Below are positions 1 to 16,020 of a stretch of 64,000 nucleotides of DNA, one piece after another; the first letter of the stretch is position 1; every line of letters starts with the position of its first letter. The position numbers were made by a program, and so were the translations under genes. The notes under the pieces are model-generated. The model was not told where the DNA came from, searched no databases, and saw only the letters and a program-made list of their open reading frames with translations. Source of the stretch: Escherichia coli (GTDB lineage: Bacteria; Pseudomonadota; Gammaproteobacteria; Enterobacterales; Enterobacteriaceae); NCBI RefSeq assembly GCF_003018255.1, contig NZ_CP027440.1. One strand, 5' to 3'.

Positions 1-52
1 GACAAATATTGATAGCCTGAATCAGTATTGATCTGCTGGCAAGAACAGACTA

Positions 53-68
53 CTGTATATAAAAACAG
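53..68. promoter_or_regulatory. LexA (SOS) operator of the umuDC promoter
   Basis: The palindrome taCTGTatataaaaACAGta (CTGT-N8-ACAG) lies about 20 nt upstream of the umuD ATG and matches the LexA box consensus. Confidence 0.9.
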
Positions 69-89
69 TATAACTTCAGGCAGATTATT

Positions 90-509
90 ATGTTGTTTAT
101 CAAGCCTGCGGATCTCCGCGAAATTGTGACTTTTCCGCTATTTAGCGATCTTGTTCAGTGTGGCTTTCCTTCACCGGCAGCAGATTACGTTGAACAGCGC
201 ATCGATCTGAATCAACTGTTGATCCAGCATCCCAGCGCGACTTACTTCGTCAAAGCAAGTGGTGATTCTATGATTGATGGTGGAATTAGTGACGGTGATT
301 TACTGATTGTCGATAGCGCTATTACCGCCAGCCATGGTGATATTGTCATCGCTGCTGTTGACGGCGAGTTTACGGTGAAAAAATTGCAACTACGCCCGAC
401 AGTGCAGCTTATTCCCATGAACAGTGCGTACTCGCCCATTACCATCAGTAGCGAAGATACGCTGGATGTCTTTGGTGTGGTGATCCACGTCGTTAAGGCG
501 ATGCGCTGA
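90..509 (+). CDS. umuD: UmuD, SOS mutagenesis protein (LexA-like S24 self-cleaving peptidase, Pol V subunit)
   Basis: A 139-aa ORF recognised as UmuD. It has the Cys-Gly cleavage context [10 protein letters not shown] and the Ser nucleophile motif GDSM, and a LexA box lies upstream. Confidence 0.97.
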
Positions 510-1777
510 TGTTTGCCCTCTGTGATGTAAACGCGTTTTATGCCAGCTGTGAGACGGTGTTTCGCCCTGATTTATGGGGTAAACCGGTGGTTGTGCTATC
601 GAATAATGACGGTTGCGTTATCGCCCGAAACGCTGAGGCAAAGGCGTTGGGCGTTAAAATGGGCGATCCCTGGTTCAAACAAAAAGATCTGTTTCGCCGC
701 TGTGGCGTGGTTTGCTTTAGCAGTAACTATGAGCTTTACGCCGATATGAGCAATCGGGTGATGTCGACGCTGGAAGAATTATCGCCCCGCGTCGAGATTT
801 ACAGTATTGATGAGGCATTCTGCGATCTGACCGGTGTGCGTAATTGTCGCGATCTGACTGATTTTGGCCGAGAAATTCGCGCAACGGTGCTACAACGTAC
901 CCATCTTACTGTTGGCGTGGGGATCGCCCAGACCAAAACGCTGGCTAAGCTTGCCAATCATGCGGCAAAAAAATGGCAGCGGCAGACGGGTGGGGTGGTG
1001 GATTTATCAAATCTGGAACGCCAGCGTAAATTAATGTCTGCTCTCCCCGTGGATGAAGTCTGGGGGATTGGACGGCGGATCAGCAAAAAACTGGACGCGA
1101 TGGGGATCAAAACCGTTCTCGATTTGGCGGGTACAGATATCCGGTTTATCCGTAAACATTTTAATGTCGTGCTCGAAAGAACGGTGCGTGAACTGCACGG
1201 TGAACCCTGTTTGCAACTGGAAGAGTTTGCACCGACGAAGCAGGAAATTATCTGTTCCCGTTCGTTTGGTGAACGCATCACGGATTATACGTCGATGCGG
1301 CAGGCCATTTGTAGTTACGCTGCCCGGGCGGCGGAAAAACTTCGCAGTGAGCATCAATATTGTCGGTTTATTTCCACGTTTATTAAGACGTCACCATTTG
1401 CGCTCAATGAACCTTATTACGGCAATAGCGCGTCGGTAAAACTGCTGACGCCCACTCAGGACAGCAGGGATATCATTAACGCCGCTACGCGATCTCTGGA
1501 TGCCATCTGGCAAGCGGGCCATCGCTACCAAAAAGCGGGCGTGATGCTGGGAGATTTCTTCAGTCAGGGAGTCGCGCAGCTCAATTTATTCGATGACAAC
1601 GCACCGCCCCCCGGGAGTGAGCAATTGATGGCGGTAATGGATACTCTGAATGCTAAAGAGGGCAGAGGAACACTCTATTTTGCCGGGCAGGGGATCCAAC
1701 AACAATGGCAGATGAAGCGAGCTATGCTTTCACCACGTTATACAACGCGAAGTTCTGATTTACTGCGGGTCAAATAA
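509..1777 (+). CDS. umuC: UmuC, Y-family DNA polymerase V catalytic subunit
   Basis: A 422-aa ORF whose start overlaps the umuD stop (TGATG). The N-terminus [15 protein letters not shown] is typical of the Y-family polymerase palm. Confidence 0.97.
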   Translation: MFALCDVNAFYASCETVFRPDLWGKPVVVLSNNDGCVIARNAEAKALGVKMGDPWFKQKDLFRRCGVVCFSSNYELYADMSNRVMSTLEELSPRVEIYSIDEAFCDLTGVRNCRDLTDFGREIRATVLQRTHLTVGVGIAQTKTLAKLANHAAKKWQRQTGGVVDLSNLERQRKLMSALPVDEVWGIGRRISKKLDAMGIKTVLDLAGTDIRFIRKHFNVVLERTVRELHGEPCLQLEEFAPTKQEIICSRSFGERITDYTSMRQAICSYAARAAEKLRSEHQYCRFISTFIKTSPFALNEPYYGNSASVKLLTPTQDSRDIINAATRSLDAIWQAGHRYQKAGVMLGDFFSQGVAQLNLFDDNAPPPGSEQLMAVMDTLNAKEGRGTLYFAGQGIQQQWQMKRAMLSPRYTTRSSDLLRVK

Positions 1778-1795
1778 ACATAGCGGCAGGAAAAA

Positions 1796-1815
1796 AGCGC
1801 TCCCGCAGGAGCGCT
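1796..1815 (-). terminator. Rho-independent terminator after dsbB (also closes umuC)
   Basis: Hairpin agcgctcc-cgca-ggagcgct, followed on the minus strand by TTTTTT. Confidence 0.75.
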
Positions 1816-1822
1816 GAATGGA

Positions 1823-2353
1823 TTAGCGACCGAACAGGTCACGTTTTTTCGCTTTAAACGGCTGGGAAATCACCACCAGCACCGCGACAATCAGGTAAGC
1901 GATAAAAATACCGAGCAACCACTGCGGCATTTCCAGACCTAAAAAATCCCACTGACGCTCGGCGCAATCGCCAGAGGCGACAAACACTTGCGGCACCCAT
2001 TTATCCAGCGGCAGCCATTCCGGGAAACGAACCATAAAATCACAGGTCGCAAACGGCGAAGGATAGAGCTGAAGCATGGTGTGCTCGTAAGTTAACTGCA
2101 CACCGCGGAACGCACTATACAACCAGATAACCATCGCTACATAACGCAGCGGAGTTTTCGGGGCGATCGCGCCAATCAGCGCAGCACCCAGAACGCCGAA
2201 TAATGCGCAGCGTTCATAAATACAGAGCACGCAAGGTTTCAGTAACATCACATGCTGGAACCACAGTGCCGTCAGTTCCAGTGCCAGAGCGGTAAACGCC
2301 ATCAACAGCCACGCGCCCCGGCCTTGTGAACATTGGTTCAAAAATCGCAACAT
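1823..2353 (-). CDS. dsbB: DsbB, membrane disulfide oxidoreductase
   Basis: The track ORF is 1823-2359. I moved the start to ATG 2353 ([10 protein letters not shown]), giving 176 aa. It has four TM segments, a CVLC pair and a second Cys pair. Confidence 0.95.
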   Translation of the reverse strand: MLRFLNQCSQGRGAWLLMAFTALALELTALWFQHVMLLKPCVLCIYERCALFGVLGAALIGAIAPKTPLRYVAMVIWLYSAFRGVQLTYEHTMLQLYPSPFATCDFMVRFPEWLPLDKWVPQVFVASGDCAERQWDFLGLEMPQWLLGIFIAYLIVAVLVVISQPFKAKKRDLFGR

Positions 2354-2457
2354 AATCATTTCCCTGCAATATGCATAGAGTGCGCAGTTTAAACCAATTC
2401 ATTCGCTGCGCCACCAGGAGGCAGCAAAAATAGGACGCAATTGGACAATTATCGGGC

Positions 2458-2489
2458 GAAAAGGCAAACCGGGCATTTATATGCCCGGT
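2458..2489 (-). terminator. Rho-independent terminator after nhaB
   Basis: Hairpin accgggcat-ttat-atgcccggt, followed on the minus strand by ttgcctttt. Confidence 0.65.
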
Positions 2490-2498
2490 AAGTTGTTA

Positions 2499-4040
2499 TC
2501 AAAGCGTTGCTATCCAGCCCATTTGCATAAACCATTCGGTTACAGGGGCAAGCGTAAACTCGACGCAAAGTAGTCCGACGAGTGTCAGGACGAGGGTGTA
2601 AGGCAGGGCCATCCACACCATGCGGCCATAAGAGAGGCGAATCAATGGCGCGAGTGCAGAGGTCAGCAGGAACAGGAACGCAGCCTGACCGTTCGGCGTA
2701 GCGACAGAGGGCAGATTGGTACCGGTATTAATGGCGACCGCCAGCAGCTCGTATTGCTTCAACGTGATAGCGCCACTTTCCATTGCCGCTTTCGCTTCGT
2801 TGATATAAATCGTCCCCACGAAGACGTTATCCGAAATGGATGACAGCAGACCGTTGAAAATATAGAACAGCGACAGCTGAGCATGTTCCGATGCCTGCAA
2901 CACAAACTGAATAATCGGCGAAAACAGTTGTTGGTCGATAATCACCGCGACTACCGAGAAAAACACCGTCAACAGTGCGGTGAATGGCAGAGATTCGGTG
3001 AAGGCTTTACCGATAGCATGTTCATCGGTGACACCGGTCAATGATGTCGCCAGAATAATGACTGACAAACCAATCAAGCCAACTTCCGCCAGATGCAACG
3101 CCAGCGCAGTCACCAGCCAGACGCCAATAATCGCCTGGACAATCAGACGGATTTTATCCTGACGGGTACGCTGGTGGCGGCTTTGATCGTCAAACTGTTG
3201 CAGTACTTCGCGGACTTTCTCCGGCAGCGTTTCACCATAGCCAAACCAACGCAGCTTCTCTACCAGCAGGCAGGTTAACAGGCCACAAATCAGAACCGGA
3301 ACGGTCACTGGCGACATGCGCAGGAAGAAATCGCCAAAATGCCAGCCAGCCGCTTTAGCGATGATCAGGTTCTGTGGTTCGCCCACCATGGTCATTACGC
3401 CGCCTAATGCGGTGCCGACACCGGCATGCATCATCAGGCTACGCAGAAAGCCACGGAACTGTTCCAGAACCACTTTGTAATGCTTGTCGATATGACTATC
3501 GTCTTGCAGGTCGGTATCTTCGGTACGGGAAGAGGCTACGCGGTGATAAATCCCATAAAAACCGACTGCAACGCTGATCACCACCGCCACGACGGTTAAG
3601 GCATCGAGGAACGCGGAGAGGAACGCCGCCGCCACGCAAAAAGAGAGCGACAGCAGCATTTTGGAGCGAATGCTTAACAGCAAACGGGTAAATATGAACA
3701 GCAACAGCTGTTTCATAAAATAGATACCCGCCACCATAAACATCAGTAACAGCAAGACTTCAAGATTTGCCGCCACCTCTTCACGGACGTGTTCCGCGCT
3801 GGTCATGCCGATGAATACCGCTTCGATAGCCAACAGGCCACCGGGGAGTAGCGGGTAGCATTTCAGGGCCATCGCCAGAGTGAAAATAAATTCCGCTACC
3901 AGCAACCAGCCAGCGACGAAAGGGCTGATGAGGAAAATTAACGGATTTACGATTAAGAAAATGATGAGGGCGAGTTTGTACCAGTCGGGGGACTGGCCCA
4001 AAAAATTGCGCCATAACGCGCGGCCCCAGGAGATCTCCAT
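2499..4040 (-). CDS. nhaB: NhaB Na+/H+ antiporter
   Basis: The track ORF is 2499-4094. The start is at ATG 4040 ([10 protein letters not shown]), giving a 513-aa polytopic membrane protein recognised as NhaB. Confidence 0.95.
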
Positions 4041-4261
4041 GATGGTTTCCCTTACCTTACAAATAATCAATGATGTTTTTATGTTTAAACGCAAAGCTTA
4101 ACGGTCAGGCAGGAGTGAGGCAAGTCTTGATAGTCAAGGGTAAAGAGATGCGGAAAATGAAGCCTTGATCCCTTTTTTCTTCTTTTTGTCTGCTATCAGC
4201 GTAGTTAGCCCTCTGGTATGATGAGTCCAACTTTGTTTTGCTGTGTTATGGAAATCTCACT

Positions 4262-4981
4262 ATGGTCATTAAGGCGCAAAGCCCGGCGGGTTTCGCGGAA
4301 GAGTACATTATTGAAAGTATCTGGAATAACCGCTTCCCTCCCGGGACTATTTTGCCCGCAGAACGTGAACTTTCAGAATTAATTGGCGTAACGCGTACTA
4401 CGTTACGTGAAGTGTTACAACGTCTGGCACGAGATGGCTGGTTGACCATTCAACACGGCAAGCCGACGAAGGTGAATAATTTCTGGGAAACCTCCGGTTT
4501 AAATATCCTTGAAACACTGGCACGACTGGATCACGAAAGTGTGCCGCAGCTTATTGATAATTTGCTGTCGGTGCGTACCAATATTTCAACGATTTTTATT
4601 CGCACCGCGTTTCGTCAGCATCCTGATAAAGCGCAGGAAGTACTGGCAACCGCTAATGAAGTGGCCGATCACGCCGATGCCTTTGCCGAGCTGGATTACA
4701 ACATATTCCGCGGTCTGGCATTTGCTTCCGGCAACCCGATTTACGGTCTGATCCTTAACGGGATGAAAGGGCTGTATACGCGCATTGGTCGTCACTATTT
4801 CGCCAATCCGGAAGCGCGCAGTCTGGCGCTGGGTTTCTACCACAAACTGTCGGCATTGTGCAGTGAAGGCGCACACGATCAGGTATACGAAACAGTGCGT
4901 CGCTATGGGCATGAGAGCGGCGAGATTTGGCACCGGATGCAGAAAAATCTGCCGGGTGATTTAGCCATTCAGGGGCGATAA
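4262..4981 (+). CDS. fadR: FadR, GntR-family fatty-acid metabolism regulator
   Basis: The start is at ATG 4262 ([10 protein letters not shown]), giving 239 aa. It has the winged-HTH segment [17 protein letters not shown]. Confidence 0.96.
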
Positions 4982-5002
4982 TCCCTTCCGTTTAAAAAGC
5001 AA

Positions 5003-5030
5003 ACCCCTCAAACGAGGGGTTTTGTTGTTT
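5003..5030 (+). terminator. Rho-independent terminator after fadR
   Basis: Hairpin acccctc-aaac-gaggggt, followed by tttgttgttttt. Confidence 0.85.
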
Positions 5031-6563
5031 TTACAGATTTCCCATTCTCGGCGGGCAACGTTCCAGCAACTCGACGCTGCCGTCTTCGTTTTGCTGTTCC
5101 AGCATTACATCAAATCCCCACAGGCGATGCACATGCTTCAGTACTTCTTTGCGCCCCCGATCTAGCGGTGCGCGATTATGTGGAATGTAACGCAGCGTCA
5201 GCGAACGGTCGCCGCGCAAATCCACGTTCCAGATCTGAATATTCGGCTCCAGATTACTTAAATTATATTGAGACGATAACCGGTTACGGATCTCCCGATA
5301 ACCTTCTTCATTATGAATAGCGGAAATCTCCAGATAATTATGCCGATCGTCATCCAGCACGGTGAAGAAGCGGAAATCACGCATCACTTTCGGTGACAGG
5401 AACTGGCTGATAAAACTCTCATCTTTGAAATCACGCATCGCGAAATGCAGCGTTTCCAGCCAGTCGGAACCGGCGATATCCGGGAACCAGTATTTGTCTT
5501 CTTCCGTTGGCGACTGACAAATCCGTTTAATATCCTGGAACATGGCGAACCCGAGGGCATACGGGTTGATGCCGCTGTACCACGGGCTGTTATAGGGTGG
5601 CTGGAAGACCACATTGGTGTGGCTGTGCAAAAACTCCAGCATAAAACGTTCCGTTACTTTCCCTTCATCATACAGATGGTTAAGGATGGTGTAGTGCCAG
5701 AAGGTCGCCCAGCCTTCGTTCATCACCTGAGTCTGTTTTTGCGGATAAAAATACTGGCTCACCTTACGCACAATACGCAGAATTTCACGCTGCCATGATT
5801 CCAGCAGTGGCGCATTTTTCTCCATAAAATAGAGCAGGTTTTCTTGTGGCTCGGACGGATAGCGGCGCGCTTCAGCAACCGTTTTCTCTTCCTCGCGCTT
5901 CGGCAGGGTACGCCAGAGCATATTGACCTGACTTTGCAGATACTCTTCGCGACTTTTCTGCCGGGCTTTCTCTTCTTGCAGCGAGATTTTTTGCGGGCGT
6001 TTGTACCGGTCCACGCCGTAGTTCATCAGCGCGTGGCACGAGTCCAGAAGCCGTTCTACTTCATCAACGCCATAACGTTCTTCGCACTCGGTAATATATT
6101 TACGGGCAAAAATCAGATAATCGACAATCGAACTGGCGTCGGTCCAGCTACGGAATAAGTAATTGTTTTTGAAGAAAGAGTTATGCCCATAGCAGGCGTG
6201 TGCCATCACCAGCGCTTGCATGGTAATGGTGTTTTCTTCCATCAGGTAAGCGATACACGGGTTAGAGTTAATGACGATTTCATAGGCCAGTCCTTGCTGA
6301 CCGTGCTTATACAGCCGTTCAGTCTCGATAAACTTTTTACCGAATGACCAGTGCGGATAGTTAATTGGCATGCCGACGCTGGAGTAGGCATCCATCATCT
6401 GTTCTGAGGTTATCACTTCAATCTGGTGCGGGTAGGTATCCAGCCGGTAGAGTTTCGCCACCCGGTCTATCTCTGCCAGATAAACATCCAGCAGGTCGAA
6501 CGTCCAGTCGGGTCCATCGCTCAAACGTGTGGTGTCCTTATTCATAGAATCGATCGTCGCCAT
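5031..6563 (-). CDS. ycgB: YcgB, SpoVR-family protein
   Basis: A 510-aa ORF recognised as YcgB (SpoVR-like). Confidence 0.93.
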   Translation of the reverse strand: MATIDSMNKDTTRLSDGPDWTFDLLDVYLAEIDRVAKLYRLDTYPHQIEVITSEQMMDAYSSVGMPINYPHWSFGKKFIETERLYKHGQQGLAYEIVINSNPCIAYLMEENTITMQALVMAHACYGHNSFFKNNYLFRSWTDASSIVDYLIFARKYITECEERYGVDEVERLLDSCHALMNYGVDRYKRPQKISLQEEKARQKSREEYLQSQVNMLWRTLPKREEEKTVAEARRYPSEPQENLLYFMEKNAPLLESWQREILRIVRKVSQYFYPQKQTQVMNEGWATFWHYTILNHLYDEGKVTERFMLEFLHSHTNVVFQPPYNSPWYSGINPYALGFAMFQDIKRICQSPTEEDKYWFPDIAGSDWLETLHFAMRDFKDESFISQFLSPKVMRDFRFFTVLDDDRHNYLEISAIHNEEGYREIRNRLSSQYNLSNLEPNIQIWNVDLRGDRSLTLRYIPHNRAPLDRGRKEVLKHVHRLWGFDVMLEQQNEDGSVELLERCPPRMGNL

Positions 6564-6779
6564 ACGCGCACCTCATTGTTGTCGGCGCTCTCTGTGTGGA
6601 GCACCTCATTTCAAGCATAGAACACCTGTTAAAAACCGCGTCGCCGGAGAATTTTTTTCTTTGCGATTTCTTATTATCAGAGTGCCACTAATCCGCTTCT
6701 GAACGGAATTTTATGCTGGATAAAAAGGGCGTTCAGCAGGAGATACTAAAGACGCCATATTGCCGCAGAGTCAGGGAGA

Positions 6780-6795
6780 TGTGAGCCAGCTCACC
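6780..6795. promoter_or_regulatory. Candidate CRP site in the dadAX promoter region
   Basis: The sequence TGTGAgccagcTCACc matches 9 of 10 core positions of TGTGA-N6-TCACA. It lies about 100 nt upstream of dadA, and the dad operon is known to be catabolite sensitive. Confidence 0.5.
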
Positions 6796-6847
6796 ATAAA
6801 AAAGCCGCATGTTGAATAATATTTTCAACTGAGTTATCAAGATGTAA

Positions 6848-8191
<1,344 letters not shown>

Positions 8192-8200
8192 GGAAACGAG

Positions 8201-9271
8201 ATGACCCGTCCGATACAGGCCAGCCTCGATCTGCAGGCATTAAAACAGAATCTGTCCATTGTCCGCCAGGCTGCGCCGTACGCGCGCGTCTGGTCGGTGG
8301 TAAAAGCAAACGCTTACGGGCACGGTATTGAGCGTATCTGGAGCGCGCTCGGGGCCACCGATGGCTTTGCATTGCTTAATCTGGAAGAGGCAATAACGTT
8401 ACGTGAGCGCGGCTGGAAAGGACCGATCCTGATGCTGGAAGGATTTTTCCATGCTCAGGATCTGGAGATTTATGACCAGCACCGCCTGACCACCTGCGTA
8501 CACAGCAACTGGCAGCTCAAAGCACTGCAAAATGCGCGGCTAAAAGCACCGTTGGATATTTATCTTAAAGTGAACAGTGGGATGAATCGGTTGGGCTTCC
8601 AGCCCGATCGCGTGCTTACCGTCTGGCAGCAGTTGCGGGCGATGGCGAATGTTGGCGAAATGACCCTGATGTCGCATTTTGCCGAGGCGGAACATCCTGA
8701 TGGAATTTCCAGCGCGATGGCGCGTATTGAGCAGGCGGCGGAAGGGCTGGAGTGTCGGCGTTCGTTGTCCAATTCGGCGGCGACTCTGTGGCACCCGGAA
8801 GCGCATTTTGACTGGGTTCGGCCTGGCATTATTTTGTATGGCGCTTCGCCGTCCGGTCAGTGGCGTGATATCGCCAATACCGGATTACGTCCGGTGATGA
8901 CGCTAAGCAGTGAGATTATTGGTGTCCAGACGCTAAAAGCGGGCGAGCGTGTGGGCTACGGCGGTCGCTATACTGCGCGCGATGAACAGCGAATCGGCAT
9001 TGTCGCCGCAGGATACGCCGACGGTTATCCGCGCCATGCGCCTACCGGTACTCCTGTTTTAGTGGACGGCGTGCGCACCATGACGGTGGGGACCGTCTCG
9101 ATGGATATGCTGGCGGTTGATTTAACGCCTTGCCCGCAGGCGGGGATTGGTACGCCGGTTGAGCTGTGGGGCAAGGAGATCAAAATTGATGATGTCGCCG
9201 CCGCTGCCGGAACGGTGGGCTATGAGTTGATGTGCGCGCTGGCGTTACGTGTCCCGGTTGTGACAGTGTAA
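8201..9271 (+). CDS. dadX: DadX, catabolic alanine racemase (PLP)
   Basis: A 356-aa ORF with the PLP-lysine motif [10 protein letters not shown], lying 9 nt after dadA. Confidence 0.96.
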   Translation: MTRPIQASLDLQALKQNLSIVRQAAPYARVWSVVKANAYGHGIERIWSALGATDGFALLNLEEAITLRERGWKGPILMLEGFFHAQDLEIYDQHRLTTCVHSNWQLKALQNARLKAPLDIYLKVNSGMNRLGFQPDRVLTVWQQLRAMANVGEMTLMSHFAEAEHPDGISSAMARIEQAAEGLECRRSLSNSAATLWHPEAHFDWVRPGIILYGASPSGQWRDIANTGLRPVMTLSSEIIGVQTLKAGERVGYGGRYTARDEQRIGIVAAGYADGYPRHAPTGTPVLVDGVRTMTVGTVSMDMLAVDLTPCPQAGIGTPVELWGKEIKIDDVAAAAGTVGYELMCALALRVPVVTV

Positions 9272-9280
9272 CTTGTTATC

Positions 9281-9308
9281 GCTGGATGCGACCAGCGTCG
9301 TATCCAGC
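9281..9308. terminator. Hairpin between the convergent genes dadX and cvrA
   Basis: Imperfect 12-bp stem gctggatgcgac-cagc-gtcgtatccagc (one mismatch). There is no strong T-run. Confidence 0.45.
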
Positions 9309-9327
9309 GTTACAAAACACATTAAAC

Positions 9328-11112
<1,785 letters not shown>

Positions 11113-11158
11113 TTAGCGGCAGAGACAGCGTTTTACTTAGCCCTGAAGCGTGATTTTT

Positions 11159-12784
<1,626 letters not shown>

Positions 12785-12785
12785 A

Positions 12786-13520
12786 TCAGTCGCGCACTTT
12801 GTCCGCTTTCTCCCGAGCTTCCCGCTCGAGAGAGAAAATAATCCGTTGTAATTGCCGCTCCACCGTCGGGCTGACGTTAAGAAAACGGAAGCTCAGACGG
12901 GGAGTGGTGATGGTTTCATTCCTGCCATCAATCACTTTGCGCTCGCTGATGGAGATTAACTGGGCGTCAAAGTGAAAAACACCCCATTGCCCCATGTTGA
13001 CTTCAATCTGAGCGAAGCGCATGCCTTCGTGCAATCCGGCAGGCTTTGTTGTTTCCAGTAATGCGCCCATGCCGCCTAACGACAAATCATACAGGCGGAA
13101 ACGTAACGTACTGTTATCCGCCAGTTTGGTCTGGCAAAAATATGGCGGATGGAGTGGGGCGGTGATGCGGAAATATCGGCGTCGTTGTACAAACCATAAG
13201 GTGGGAGGCGGTACGGTAATAAATGCCGGAAGCTGCAAGTATTCACTCTGCTGTAGTTGTTCAACAGTAAACTCGACTTTCGCACCCTGAGTTTCGGCGG
13301 TAATGGTAATGTGCTGCGCCTTTAGCACGGCGATGTTGTCTTCGGCCCGGCTGCCGAAATCCAGCACCAGTTTATCCGGAGTTATTGCCAGTATTTTGCT
13401 GATCAGCTGCCCGCCATTCCAGCTAATACGCAAAGGAATTGCGGCTTTGTGCAAATCGCGTAACACGCCCAGGACGGCTAACGGATTTTGTTTCAGGAAC
13501 TGCTCATGGTAATGACTCAC
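12786..13520 (-). CDS. ycgR: YcgR, c-di-GMP binding PilZ flagellar brake
   Basis: A 244-aa ORF with the PilZ motifs RRRYFR and DLSLGG. Confidence 0.95.
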   Translation of the reverse strand: MSHYHEQFLKQNPLAVLGVLRDLHKAAIPLRISWNGGQLISKILAITPDKLVLDFGSRAEDNIAVLKAQHITITAETQGAKVEFTVEQLQQSEYLQLPAFITVPPPTLWFVQRRRYFRITAPLHPPYFCQTKLADNSTLRFRLYDLSLGGMGALLETTKPAGLHEGMRFAQIEVNMGQWGVFHFDAQLISISERKVIDGRNETITTPRLSFRFLNVSPTVERQLQRIIFSLEREAREKADKVRD

Positions 13521-13720
13521 GCGGAAAAACTCCTGACTGACAAACTGTCTTAGGTTTATCGGTCACAGTTAACAAAACTTAATACAAATGCGTGAATGTT
13601 TTTTACATGTCGTTCTTAAATCAGCCGACATACGCCCAGCATCGATCCCGCCCTTGCCTATACTTAGAGCGTTGACGTAAGCATTTCTTGCGTCCGATTC
13701 ATCGAAACGAGGGCCTGAAC

Positions 13721-13975
13721 ATGGGAATTATTGCCTGGATTATTTTTGGCCTGATAGCCGGCATAATCGCCAAGCTAATCATGCCGGGACGTGATGGTGG
13801 TGGATTTTTCCTGACCTGTATTCTCGGGATAGTCGGTGCGGTGGTCGGCGGCTGGCTGGCGACCATGTTTGGCATTGGCGGCTCCATCAGTGGTTTTAAT
13901 TTGCACAGCTTCCTGGTGGCGGTGGTGGGCGCTATCCTGGTGCTGGGCGTATTCCGCCTTCTGCGAAGAGAATAA
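13721..13975 (+). CDS. ymgE: YmgE, small GlsB/YeaQ/YmgE-family membrane protein
   Basis: The start is at ATG 13721 (MGIIAWIIFG), giving 84 aa. It is a Gly-rich two/three-TM protein. Confidence 0.9.
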   Translation: MGIIAWIIFGLIAGIIAKLIMPGRDGGGFFLTCILGIVGAVVGGWLATMFGIGGSISGFNLHSFLVAVVGAILVLGVFRLLRRE

Positions 13976-13987
13976 GATTTTCATAAG

Positions 13988-14020
13988 GCGGATAGCGATA
14001 CATATGCCGCTATCCGCTTT
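13988..14020 (+). terminator. Terminator hairpin after ymgE, at the left edge of the island
   Basis: Perfect 10-bp stem gcggatagcg / cgctatccgc with a 10-nt loop, followed by ttt. It lies between the convergent stops of ymgE and the receptor gene. Confidence 0.7.
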
Positions 14021-14024
14021 CACA

Positions 14025-15995
14025 TCAGAACGTATACTCGATACCTGCCCAGAAATTGCGACCTTCTTCAATAAACCCTTCACTGTAGGCATATTTGGTA
14101 TCAAACAGGTTATTGACCGACGCATTGACGCTGAAGCCATGACCTAAGGTGTAATCGGCTCGAATGTGAGTCACCGCAAAACCGGCGGCTTTTTGTGAAC
14201 CGTCACTGTTGCTGTAGCTGGAGGAACGCGCCTCTTCCGACAGCGTTACGCTTAACGGCTCCCACGGTTTGAGAGTCATCCATGCGGTCATTGTCTGCGT
14301 TGGCAGATCGGTTATCTTGCCGATGTCTTTGCGTTTGGCATCAGCGTGGATCAGGGCGTAGCTCAATCCTACATCCAGTATATTGCTGATTTTCCCCTTA
14401 ATACCGGCATCCAGACCGCTGTAATCCACCGTGCCGCTGTTCTGATTTTGAATGGTATCGGCATCGATATTGTGCGAGAGGATGGCATCACTCACCCGGT
14501 TATAGTAAACGCTGACCTCAAACCCCCAGTCGTGCGTGAAGGCACCATTCCAGGTTAAATCCACCCCGCGCGCGCGTTCCGGCTTGAGCTGCGGGTTAAC
14601 AATCGCTATCTGGTTATACGCAGGTTTGGACGTGGTATAGCGTTCTTTCAGCGTCGGAAAGCGTGTGCGGTCATAGTACGAAAGCGCCAGCGTGTCTTCA
14701 TTGGCAAAGTGGTATTTCCCCATCACCTGCCAGTTAAAAGCTGACTGATTGTTGTCGTCATAATGGGTGATACTGCCATCTTTCTCATGTTTTTTCGCTT
14801 CTACGCTATCGCGCCAGTCATAGCTGATTCCAGCCACGACATCGACATTATCGGCAGCAGCCCATTGATATTCACTGGCGAGCGACCAGGTACGATCTTC
14901 ATAGCGATCGTAAGCGGCGTGCGGCGCACCTTTTTCCCGGTGTACGTCATCTTTCCAGTTAACGGCAAACGACAGCAGATCGTTTTCACGCACATCGGCT
15001 GCCAGTTGTAACCCGGCACCGTCGCTGTAATCGGAATAATGGCTGTAGCTGCCTTTTTTATTTTTCAAATCAGCCAGCGAGTTGTACATCATCAGCGTAT
15101 TTTCAAAGGTATCGCGATACAGCCGACTTTTCAGGGTAAAACGATCGTTTAGTTGGGTCGTTCCCTGATAATAAAAACTTTCTTTGTCATACTCTGGCCA
15201 CTGCCAGTAGCGTGATTTTTGACCACTATTTCCACTGTATGGCGGATTATCTTTTTCACCATCCTGCTTAATGTAAGTCAATGTGTATTCATCGTTTTCG
15301 CGTGGTGTAAAACCGAGCTTCACAATGCCGCGTTTATCATCAGCCGATGAATTAATCATCTTGCCGTGTTTGCCTGCAATATCATTATTTACACCATGCG
15401 GCAGGCCGAGAAAATCCTGCTTTAGCTGGCTACCGCTGACTTGCAAATACCCCAGATCGCTGCTGGCGGCAAATGAAGCATGCATATCGTAGGCATTGTC
15501 CTGGCTACGGCTCCATCCCTGGCGATATCCCAGATTTGCTTCCAGAGGTTTTGTTGGCTTCTGGGTGGTGATATTAATGGCTCCGCCCATCTGATTAGGC
15601 CCCTGAAGCAGCGACGAATACCCTTTGGAAACTTCAACTGCCCCCAAATTGTTGGTCAGAATCCGCGCCAGATCGAGGTTGCCGTCATAGGGAACATAAA
15701 TGGGCACACCGTCGAAATAGACTGGCACCTGACGACTATCAAAGCCACGAACTTTGACCTGTTCTTCGTTGCGGCTACCTGACTTTTGCAGCACCACGCC
15801 GGGGACGACACTTAATGCCTGAGCGACATTCTGTTTATCCAGGGCCTTCATGGTGGGGTGATCGAGAACGGTGGTCGTCGTCGATGATACCGGACTGGAC
15901 CATACGGTCAGCGTGTCACTCTCCTGAGCCGCTAAGGCCTGCTGGGTAAAGGCAAGTGATAATGCTGTGCAGAGATAACGTTTTTTGAGTCTCAT
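14025..15995 (-). CDS. TonB-dependent outer-membrane receptor (chelate/siderophore class), substrate unknown
   Basis: The start is at ATG 15995 (signal peptide MRLKKRYLCTALSLAFTQQALA). It has the TonB-box-like segment DTLTVWS, a plug segment and a long beta-barrel ending in the aromatic terminus GIEYTF. There is no N-terminal signalling extension. Confidence 0.88.
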   Translation of the reverse strand: MRLKKRYLCTALSLAFTQQALAAQESDTLTVWSSPVSSTTTTVLDHPTMKALDKQNVAQALSVVPGVVLQKSGSRNEEQVKVRGFDSRQVPVYFDGVPIYVPYDGNLDLARILTNNLGAVEVSKGYSSLLQGPNQMGGAINITTQKPTKPLEANLGYRQGWSRSQDNAYDMHASFAASSDLGYLQVSGSQLKQDFLGLPHGVNNDIAGKHGKMINSSADDKRGIVKLGFTPRENDEYTLTYIKQDGEKDNPPYSGNSGQKSRYWQWPEYDKESFYYQGTTQLNDRFTLKSRLYRDTFENTLMMYNSLADLKNKKGSYSHYSDYSDGAGLQLAADVRENDLLSFAVNWKDDVHREKGAPHAAYDRYEDRTWSLASEYQWAAADNVDVVAGISYDWRDSVEAKKHEKDGSITHYDDNNQSAFNWQVMGKYHFANEDTLALSYYDRTRFPTLKERYTTSKPAYNQIAIVNPQLKPERARGVDLTWNGAFTHDWGFEVSVYYNRVSDAILSHNIDADTIQNQNSGTVDYSGLDAGIKGKISNILDVGLSYALIHADAKRKDIGKITDLPTQTMTAWMTLKPWEPLSVTLSEEARSSSYSNSDGSQKAAGFAVTHIRADYTLGHGFSVNASVNNLFDTKYAYSEGFIEEGRNFWAGIEYTF

Positions 15996-16020
15996 AGAAT
16001 AAATTCCGTTTAACAAAGAA